DNA from: Synechococcus elongatus PCC 6301
GTDB lineage: Bacteria > Cyanobacteriota > Cyanobacteriia > Synechococcales > Synechococcaceae
Length of the DNA: 32,000 nt
Reading direction: 5' to 3'
Assembly (NCBI RefSeq): GCF_000010065.1
Contig: NC_006576.1
Span: forward strand, 300,001 to 332,000
Part shown: positions 25,379-32,000 of the stretch, in pieces
Layout of the letters: every line of letters begins with the position of its first letter
How positions within the stretch are numbered: position 1 is the first letter of the stretch
Position numbers and translations under genes: made by a program
The notes under the pieces: generated by a model
Seen by the model: the letters and a program-made list of their open reading frames with translations, nothing else
The model's database searches: none
What the model was told of the DNA's origin: nothing

Positions 25379-25585
25379 CTAGAAACCAAGGCGTTCCCAG
25401 TTGAGAATCAACACGGTTGCCAAAACGAGGGTGACGCCCAGCATGGCAAAGCGGCCATTCCAGATCTCAGCCTGTGGCGTAAAACCACGTTTCCAGGCAT
25501 TCAACTCTTCTCTAGGCACAAGAGGTGTGACGTCGGTTTCTGAAACGTCAGTGAGGTTGAGCACGCGGCTATCAATAGGGGCCAT
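25379..25585 (-). CDS. High-light-inducible protein (CAB/ELIP/HLIP family, single helix)
   Basis: The chlorophyll-binding helix motif AEIWNGRFAMLGVTLVLATVLI is present. A 68-aa product from the ATG at 25585 fits HLIP size. The 98-aa track version (start 25675) adds an atypical N-terminus. Confidence 0.8.
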   Translation of the reverse strand: MAPIDSRVLNLTDVSETDVTPLVPREELNAWKRGFTPQAEIWNGRFAMLGVTLVLATVLILNWERLGF

Positions 25586-25864
25586 AAGGGGGATCCGAGG
25601 ATTGCACTCCAACCTGGATTTAGGATCAGGTCTGATCCCTGCCAGATGATTAGTTGCTTTACATATTGACATCATTACAAAAATTGTGGGTGGCTGCCCT
25701 TACTGTTAGCGCTGCGCATCAGAAGAGTCATCTTTAGACCGGTTGAGAACCGGCTACCCTGATTAGCTCTCTATTAACTTTTGCAAGCTTTCTGAAATAG
25801 CTGAGCTGCAATCCGTTGAACGCCTCCATGAACCGGCGCCAAGGTATTGGTAGCGTCACACTGC

Positions 25865-27262
25865 TCAGTTCAATCCAAGGATGGCGCGGGCGAGCTGGAG
25901 ATAGACAAACACACCAGCGACGTCAACTACCGTAGTGATGAAGGGTGCAGACATCAACGCCGGATCGAGGCCAAGGCGTTTGAAGACCAGGGGTAGGACT
26001 GATCCAGCAGTGGAAGCCAAGATCGAAATCACCAGCAAGCTGAACCCCACCGCGATCGCGACTTGCCAGTTGCGTTCCAGCAGAAACGCCCAAACAGTGA
26101 CCACCGCAGCCAGCATGACTCCCAGTAAGGCTCCAGCAATCAACTCCCGCGACACAATCGTCATCGGGTTCATACTCCGCAGGCGATCGGTGTTCAAGCC
26201 TCGAATCACAACCGTGGAAGACTGCGCCCCCACATTGCCGCCGGTGCCAATCAATAGCGGAATAAAGGCAGCTAAGGCAACCACTTTAGACAGCACATCT
26301 TCTTGACTGCTAATCACTGCACTCGTGCCAGTATTCGTAATCAACAAGACAAATAGCCAAACCACTCGGCGGCGGGCTACCGTCAGCAAATTGGTCTGGA
26401 AGTAGTCATCTTCACCCGACTGCACGCCGCCCAGGGTGTAGATATCTTCGGTTGCTTCCTCTTCCAAAATGTCGATCACATCATCGACGGTGACGATCCC
26501 GACTAGCCGTTCTTCGCGATCAACGACTGGCACTGCCAGCAAGTCATAACGCTGGATCACCCGGGCGACTTCTTCTTGATCTGTGTCGGTATGCACACTG
26601 ATCACATCGCGGGTCATCAGTGCACCAATACTGTCCTCCGGGGGGGCTACCAACAGCTCCCGCAGCGATAAAATTCCAGTCAGCCGACGACTGACATCCG
26701 TAACGTAAAGGGTATAGATCGTTTCGGTGCGGGGCGCCATCAAGCGCACGCGAGCCAGCGCCTGATCACCCGTCATTCCCTCTTTCAAGGCAACGTATTC
26801 CGGGGTCATCAACCGGCCTGCTGTGCCCGTTCCACAGCCGAGCAGCAGTGATGTAATCTCGCGTTCCGCGGGACTGAGTTGCTGCAGTAGCCGCCGGACA
26901 ATTTTGGCAGGGAGCTCATCAAACAAGCGCACGCGATCGTCGGGCGACATCTGCTCGACGAGGTCGAGGACATCCTGACTGCGCAATTCATCAATCAGTG
27001 CTTGCTGCACCGTGCTGTCGAGGTACTCGTACACCTCGATCGCTTCATCTTTGGGTAGAAGACGGAAAGCAAGAGCCTGTAGCGTTTCAGGTAACCCTTC
27101 GATCGCCTCAGCAATGTCGGGATATTGCACCGGCTGGAGCAGGACTTTAGCTCCTTGATAGTCGTTGATTTCCAACAACCCCTGTAGTTGCTGTCGAACG
27201 ATATCGCGAAGCTCTTGGCTGGCGATCGTCCCTTGACCTTGCTCTCGGTTGCTGTCGACCAC
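25865..27262 (-). CDS. mgtE: Magnesium transporter MgtE
   Basis: The MgtE N-domain is followed by a CBS pair (VMTRDVISV..., VPVVDREERLVGIVTVDDVIDIL) and a TM domain with IGTGGNVGAQSSTVVIRGL. The GTG start at 27262 is preceded by GGAGAAGGC. Confidence 0.93.
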   Translation of the reverse strand: MVDSNREQGQGTIASQELRDIVRQQLQGLLEINDYQGAKVLLQPVQYPDIAEAIEGLPETLQALAFRLLPKDEAIEVYEYLDSTVQQALIDELRSQDVLDLVEQMSPDDRVRLFDELPAKIVRRLLQQLSPAEREITSLLLGCGTGTAGRLMTPEYVALKEGMTGDQALARVRLMAPRTETIYTLYVTDVSRRLTGILSLRELLVAPPEDSIGALMTRDVISVHTDTDQEEVARVIQRYDLLAVPVVDREERLVGIVTVDDVIDILEEEATEDIYTLGGVQSGEDDYFQTNLLTVARRRVVWLFVLLITNTGTSAVISSQEDVLSKVVALAAFIPLLIGTGGNVGAQSSTVVIRGLNTDRLRSMNPMTIVSRELIAGALLGVMLAAVVTVWAFLLERNWQVAIAVGFSLLVISILASTAGSVLPLVFKRLGLDPALMSAPFITTVVDVAGVFVYLQLARAILGLN

Positions 27263-27572
27263 GCCTTCTCCCTCGCGGCTCCCGAGAGTCTATCAAGAAT
27301 GCTCCCTATCGGATCAGGACGATCGCGGAAGTTGCGGCAGACAGCGGGGATGACCGCAGGAGGAACAGAATTCTCTCTCATCCTCCTCTCGTCGAGGTTC
27401 TGGCAAATGACTATTGAGAAGCAGAAGCAAGCGTGAGTAAAAGTGCGGAGATTCCCTGAGAGGCACCCCAGAGCCCTCACAGCGCCTTGGGCCGCATCCG
27501 CCGAAGAGCAACGCCCTGGCTTGCTCAGGCCGATGGCTCGGTAGACTCGTAAGCAACGCTGGTTCCTCTGTC

Positions 27573-29027
27573 ATGTCTGCTGTGCATCTCACTGTCACCC
27601 CTCCGGGCCCGATTCGTTTTGGTACTGATGGCTGGCGGGGCGTGATCGCAGCTGATTTCACCTTTGAACGGCTCTTTCGTGCAGCTGGAGCAGCAGCCAA
27701 AGTCTTAGCTAGGACTTACGGTGATAACGGGTCTCGCCGCATTTTGGTCGGCTACGATCGCCGTTTTTTGTCAGAAGAATTTGCCAGCATTACCGCCCAA
27801 GCGATTCAAGCGGTCGGCCTCGAAGCCCAACTCGCCTCGAACTACGCCACAACTCCTGCCCTCAGTTGGGCAGTTCACGAGCAAGCCGCCCTGGGTGCCC
27901 TGGTCATTACGGCTAGCCACAACCCAGGACAATATTCCGGGCTGAAGATTAAAGGCGCTTTTGGCGGCTCAGTGCCCGGCAGTGTCACTGCTGAAGTCGA
28001 GGCGCTTTTAGATCAGGGCTTCACACCAGATCTGCCGGATTCCTCAAGTGCGATCGCCCGCTTCGATCCCTGGCAATCCTATCGGCAGATGCTGCGCCAG
28101 AAGGTTGATCTGGCTGCCATTCAAGCCGCGATCGCCGGCGGGCGACTGAGTGTGTTTGTCGATGTCATGCACGGCGCTGCTGCGGGTGCTTTGGCTCAGA
28201 TCCTAGAGGCGCCAGTCACAGAACTGCGCAGCGATCGCGATCCACTCTTTGGCGGCGGTGCACCGGAACCCTTAGCTGCCAATGTAGTTGGGCTCTGCCA
28301 GCGACTGAGTGATGGCGTCACTACACCTTTGGCAGTCGGCTTTGTCTTTGATGGCGACGGCGATCGCATTGCAGCGGTCGATCGCTCCGGTGAGTTTCTG
28401 AGCTCCCAGGTCTTAATTCCAGTACTGATTGAGCATCTAGCGGCCCGCCGCAGTTGTCCCGGCGAGCTAGTCAAAACCGTCAGTGGCTCGGACTTGATGC
28501 CCAAAGTTGCGGCACTCTTCAACATTCCTGTCACGGAACTTCCGGTTGGCTATAAATACATTGCCGATCGCATGCTGAGCCAAACCGTTCTATTAGGTGG
28601 CGAGGAGTCTGGCGGCATTGGCTACGGCAGTCATATCCCCGAGCGCGATGGTCTACTCTCAGCCCTCTACCTACTGGAAGCGATTGTCCAGAGCGATCGC
28701 AACCTCGGCGATCTCTATGCCGATCTGCAGGCTCGCACACAATTCCAATCGACCTACGATCGCATCGACCTGCCCCTAGCCGATATGAGTGCCCGCGATC
28801 GCGTTTTGCAAGCACTGCAGACCCAGACCCCCCAAGCGATCGCCGGTTTAGAAGTCATTAGTTACCAAACCATCGATGGTTTTAAGTTTCGGCTCAGCGA
28901 TGGTCGCTGGCTAATGGTGCGCTTTAGTGGCACCGAACCCCTGCTGCGGCTCTACTGCGAGGCATCCAGCCCAGAGGCCGTTCAGGAAACCCTCAACTGG
29001 GCTAAGGATTGGGCGCAGCGCTGCTGA
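27573..29027 (+). CDS. Alpha-D-phosphohexomutase family enzyme (phosphoglucomutase/phosphomannomutase)
   Basis: Active-site loop TASHNPGQYSGLKIKG, metal loop FDGDGDR, sugar loop GGEESGG, and C-terminal RFSGTEPLLRLY. Confidence 0.9.
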   Translation: MSAVHLTVTPPGPIRFGTDGWRGVIAADFTFERLFRAAGAAAKVLARTYGDNGSRRILVGYDRRFLSEEFASITAQAIQAVGLEAQLASNYATTPALSWAVHEQAALGALVITASHNPGQYSGLKIKGAFGGSVPGSVTAEVEALLDQGFTPDLPDSSSAIARFDPWQSYRQMLRQKVDLAAIQAAIAGGRLSVFVDVMHGAAAGALAQILEAPVTELRSDRDPLFGGGAPEPLAANVVGLCQRLSDGVTTPLAVGFVFDGDGDRIAAVDRSGEFLSSQVLIPVLIEHLAARRSCPGELVKTVSGSDLMPKVAALFNIPVTELPVGYKYIADRMLSQTVLLGGEESGGIGYGSHIPERDGLLSALYLLEAIVQSDRNLGDLYADLQARTQFQSTYDRIDLPLADMSARDRVLQALQTQTPQAIAGLEVISYQTIDGFKFRLSDGRWLMVRFSGTEPLLRLYCEASSPEAVQETLNWAKDWAQRC

Positions 29028-29074
29028 AAGCCGTCGCTTTGGCAGTACGCTAACGGCAGTCGACCTCTGGCACC

Positions 29075-29854
29075 ATGACTGACGGTTTGCGCACCCCTCC
29101 CACCTTTGTTGCCTTTTGTCTGCGTCTGAGCGGGCTATTGATTGTGGTGGCAGGCATCCTCGGACTGCTGCTCCGCCTTCTGGCCGCTTCCTGGAGTGAG
29201 CTGACCTGGCGAGCCAGTTTTCTGGCGGAATTTGCCGATCGCGGGGTTATTCCGCTGATTGGTTTAGCCCCGTTTATTTTCGGCTGGGGCCTCGATGGTT
29301 TGTCGGGCCGCAGTGGGGGGCGCTGGCAACAGGTTCGCTTGCCGCTGTTTGCAGTGATCGCCTTACTGGGAGCGCTCTATTTGGCGGTCGTTCCGCTCTA
29401 TTGGAACGACAGCAGTGCGGCAGGTCGTGAGGCACGGCAGAACCTCAATAATCAAGTCGCTCAAACCGAAGCAGAAATCAATAACCGCTATCAAACCCAA
29501 GAGTCTGTTCTTGCGCAGCTGTTGGCCAGTCCTGACCAGATCGCGGAATTAGAACGGGCGATCGCGGCCAACCCCAATGCAACGATTCCCGACTTTCTGA
29601 AGAAGAATGCCGCTGATTTGCGCAACAACCCCGAGAAAGTGCGGCAGGCCCTGCGCAATGAGCAAAAACAAGAGCTCGATCGCGTCCAAGCTGAGCAGCA
29701 ACGCCAAGAGCGTCAGCTCAGTAGTGAATTGACCCGTAGCCAAGTGCGTATTGCCTTGAACGCCCTGCTGTTGGCGATCGCCTACCTCTGGCTGGGCAAT
29801 GCGGGCCTACGCTTGCCCCAACGCTCCACGGCGCAACCGGAAGCAGACGCATGA
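29075..29854 (+). CDS. Membrane protein with a central coiled-coil (possibly HpsJ-like)
   Basis: Three N-terminal TM helices and one C-terminal TM helix flank a Gln/Glu/Arg-rich helical segment (QNLNNQVAQTEAEINNRYQTQE...QELDRVQAEQQRQERQL). The family name is only a weak recollection. Confidence 0.65.
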   Translation: MTDGLRTPPTFVAFCLRLSGLLIVVAGILGLLLRLLAASWSELTWRASFLAEFADRGVIPLIGLAPFIFGWGLDGLSGRSGGRWQQVRLPLFAVIALLGALYLAVVPLYWNDSSAAGREARQNLNNQVAQTEAEINNRYQTQESVLAQLLASPDQIAELERAIAANPNATIPDFLKKNAADLRNNPEKVRQALRNEQKQELDRVQAEQQRQERQLSSELTRSQVRIALNALLLAIAYLWLGNAGLRLPQRSTAQPEADA

Positions 29855-30428
29855 AGCCATTAGTCGTCGCAACAGGGAATCCGGGCAAACTGCAGGAGCT
29901 GCAAGCTTACTTGGCTGAGAGTGGCTGGACCTTGCAGCTGAAGCCAGCCGATTTAGAAATTGAGGAAACTGGCCAGACCTTCGCGGAGAATGCCGCCCTG
30001 AAAGCGCAACAAACCGCGATCGCGACGGGAGAATGGGCGATCGCTGATGACTCGGGACTGAGTGTCGATGCGTTAAACGGTGCCCCCGGACTGTTTTCCG
30101 CTCGCTGGGGCCATAGCGATCGCGATCGCATCGATCGCTTGCTGCGCGAACTTACAGGACATGAGCAGCGAACCGCAGCGTTCATCTGTGCGATCGCTGT
30201 TGCCTCACCCCAAGGCAACATTGTTCTGGCGGTCGAGGGCCATTGTCCCGGCGAAATCCTGACAGCCCCGCAGGGGGCGGGTGGCTTTGGATACGACCCT
30301 ATCTTCTGGGTGCCCGAGCTGTGCTCAGCTTTGCTGAGTTAGCGCCTGAGCAAAAACGCCAGGTCAGTCATCGCGGGCGAGCCCTTGCTCAGCTTTTGCC
30401 CCAACTGCGATCGGTGGCGACCCAGTAG
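29851..30428 (+). pseudogene. rdgB: dITP/XTP pyrophosphatase (RdgB/HAM1) interrupted by an apparent 1-nt deletion near 30319-30324
   Basis: Frame 1 gives KPLVVATGNPGKLQEL...GGFGYDPIFWVPEL and then runs into CSALLS*. The conserved continuation (V)LSFAELAPEQKRQVSHRGRALAQLL is in the -1 frame (track ORF 30243..30428). Restoring one base after CTG (30319-30321) gives VPELxLSFAEL. This has the same spacing as E. coli FFVPSEGKTAAEL...SHRG. Confidence 0.8.
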
Positions 30429-30544
30429 ACGGCGCAGCCCTAGTCTCTATGCTCGCTGGGCCAAGAGCGAAGCAACGGAGAGAACTTGAACGAGAAGGCC
30501 AGTCGGCGATTGTTAAAATTCAGGCGGCAGGGCGAGGGCACTGA

Positions 30545-31258
30545 ATGTATGTACTGATTGGCGGCGCCGGCTTAATTGGACAACAGCTAGCTCGACAAGT
30601 GCTGGATCAGGGGCACACGGTCGCCGTGATCGATCAGGATCCCCAAGTCTGCAAGATGGTGCGCGATCGCCTTGGTGCTATGGCCTTTGAGGGCAGCGCC
30701 GTCAACACGGATATTTTGCTCGAAGCTGGGATCTGTCGCGCCGATGCCGTGGCAGCAGTCCTGCGCCAAGACGCACTCAATCTGGCATTGGTGACTCTGG
30801 CGTGTCACTACGGCGTCTCGCGGATTATCAGCCGCATCAGCCAGCAAGACTTCATTGAGCCGATGCGGTTGGCAGGAGCTCATCACATCATCAGCACGGT
30901 CGATCTGGTCGTCTCGACGATGGTCAACGCGATCGAATGCCCGCAGGTGGAATCGATGCTCCACTTCGAACAGGGGCAGATCGAGGTCTTCAAGTTGACC
31001 CTCGACAGTCAGTCACCGGTGATTGGCCGCAGTGTCGCAGCGATCGCGCAGGATCGGAACTTCCCCAGTTCGTCGCTGATCATTGGCTACCAGTCCCATC
31101 CCCAGGCAGATCTAGTGATTCCCAGTGGTAACACGGTGCTAGAGGCCAATGCGACGGTTCTGCTGGCAACCAAACCCGGACTGGTGCAATCCTTGGTCAA
31201 CTTTCTGATGCCCAGTCTCTTTAGTCCGCTTCAGCCCGCAGGAGTTCTGCATCAATAA
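30545..31258 (+). CDS. TrkA/KtrA-type RCK-domain (NAD-binding) K+ transport regulatory protein
   Basis: N-terminal Rossmann MYVLIGGAGLIGQQLARQVLDQGHTVAVIDQD (GxGxxG...D), followed by a TrkA_C-like segment (FKLTLDSQSPVIGRSVAAI...VLEANATVLLA). Confidence 0.85.
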   Translation: MYVLIGGAGLIGQQLARQVLDQGHTVAVIDQDPQVCKMVRDRLGAMAFEGSAVNTDILLEAGICRADAVAAVLRQDALNLALVTLACHYGVSRIISRISQQDFIEPMRLAGAHHIISTVDLVVSTMVNAIECPQVESMLHFEQGQIEVFKLTLDSQSPVIGRSVAAIAQDRNFPSSSLIIGYQSHPQADLVIPSGNTVLEANATVLLATKPGLVQSLVNFLMPSLFSPLQPAGVLHQ

Positions 31259-32000
31259 CCTGCAGGCGATCGGCGATCGCTTCCTCGGTCAGAATGCCTT
31301 TGCGCGCCGAATCGAGTAGGGCATTTTTTTCCACCAGCAGTAAGCGACGCTGCAGGCTCGAAAAAGCGGGAGCTGCGCTGTTGCGGAGATTGGTCGATCG
31401 CCGGTTGTAGAGGCCGCGCAGCGATTGCTCTGCTCCTGCGATCGCCAGTTGGTAGCGCGCCCGTAGTTCTTCATGGACTGCCTTGGGCAAGACCCCTGCA
31501 TCGTAGAGGTTCAGCAATTCCGATTGCACCGCTTTACCGGCAATCAGCTGCGCTTGCAGTTGTTCTGCTTCCTGCGATCGCGTCGAGCGGGTCGCCACCT
31601 TCAAGCGTTTGACAAACCAGGGCAAGCTCAACCCCTGCACCACCAGAGACAGCAACACCACCCCAAATACGAGGTTGACTAGTTCACTGCGGTTCCCGAG
31701 GGTAGCGGGCAAACTCAGCGCCAGAACCATCGAGAGCGAACCCTTGATATTGCCCAAAAACAACACATGCTGCCAGCGGAAGGGGATGGGGCGATCGAAA
31801 CGGTTGACCAGCGCCATCAGGGGATAGACCGTGACGAGGCGAGCAAGCTGGTAGGCCACGATCGCCAGCAGGACAGCCGGCAGCGTTTGCAGCAGCGATC
31901 GCGGATCGACTTCTACACCGATGAACAGAAAGATGAAAGTGTTGACGCAGAAGGCTGCGTACTCCCAAAAGTTGATCAGCGTCAGCCGACTTGAGGGGGA
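31221..32000 (-). CDS. CPA1-family Na+/H+ antiporter, 5' end beyond the window (C-terminal about 259 aa present)
   Basis: The listed start at 31859 is an internal GTG. I extended the frame by hand to nt 32000 without a stop (...SPSSRLTLINFWEYAAFCVNTFIFLFIGVEVDPRSLLQTLPAVLLAIVAYQLARL...). These are TM helices typical of Na+/H+ exchangers, followed by a cytoplasmic helical tail. Confidence 0.85.
   Translation of the reverse strand, partial: SPSSRLTLINFWEYAAFCVNTFIFLFIGVEVDPRSLLQTLPAVLLAIVAYQLARLVTVYPLMALVNRFDRPIPFRWQHVLFLGNIKGSLSMVLALSLPATLGNRSELVNLVFGVVLLSLVVQGLSLPWFVKRLKVATRSTRSQEAEQLQAQLIAGKAVQSELLNLYDAGVLPKAVHEELRARYQLAIAGAEQSLRGLYNRRSTNLRNSAAPAFSSLQRRLLLVEKNALLDSARKGILTEEAIADRLQVIDAELLRAEAD

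Noticed and set aside
26995-27700. Minus-strand ORFs (161 aa and 128 aa) in and around the mgtE leader, including an ATG directly abutting AGGAGG
   Set aside because: The ATG has zero spacing from the SD-like sequence. The ORFs overlap mgtE or the phosphohexomutase gene out of frame, and their translations are Arg/Pro/Ser-rich noise.
1-32000. Ubiquitous GCGATCGC palindromes considered as transposon ends or a restriction-related signal
   Set aside because: This is the HIP1 highly iterated palindrome, characteristic of this cyanobacterial lineage and scattered through coding regions. It is useful here only as a native-DNA marker.

Overview
The window looks like chromosomal DNA from Synechococcus elongatus (PCC 7942 / PCC 6301 lineage). 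Two things support this. The divergent smtB-smtA metallothionein locus and its operator repeats can be read directly at 6874-7513. The HIP1 octamer GCGATCGC occurs dozens of times across the window. About 36 coding regions are dense and mostly housekeeping: SpkB-like Ser/Thr kinase, pheT, dnaG, smtB/smtA, pmbA-like, the moeA / moaCB-moaD-moaE-moaA molybdopterin cluster (narA locus), rpmI-rplT, a periplasmic binding protein, DUF389, a Ycf37-like TPR protein, nnr, SRPBCC, a GT8-like transferase, an HLIP, mgtE, a phosphohexomutase, rdgB, an RCK/TrkA protein and a partial CPA1 Na+/H+ antiporter. I saw no rRNA, tRNA, CRISPR array, transposase or integrase. Seven places do not look like ordinary core genome. 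(1) A roughly 2.5 kb AT-rich, HIP1-free island (about 9.83-12.29 kb) carries a 610-aa RTX/VCBS-like calcium-binding repeat protein and 514 bp of non-coding DNA. (2) A second AT-rich, about 640 bp non-coding gap (16324-16966) contains a 39-codon basic ORF with a strong Shine-Dalgarno and two adjacent perfect palindromes. (3) Immediately downstream lies a three-ORF unit. Its first product carries two tandem MshEN/T2SSE_N-like modules, making it a candidate c-di-GMP receptor, and it is coupled to a FUSC-family membrane protein. (4) rdgB carries a 1-nt frameshift. (5) An orphan plus-strand intrinsic terminator at 9189-9217 suggests an unannotated sRNA. (6) A GC-rich, hairpin-dense 283 bp spacer lies between convergent genes at 22174-22456. 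(7) Several leader or regulatory oddities occur at mgtE, hli and rpmI. All calls rest on reading the ORF translations and the DNA by eye. No database search was run, and family assignments come from recalled motifs.
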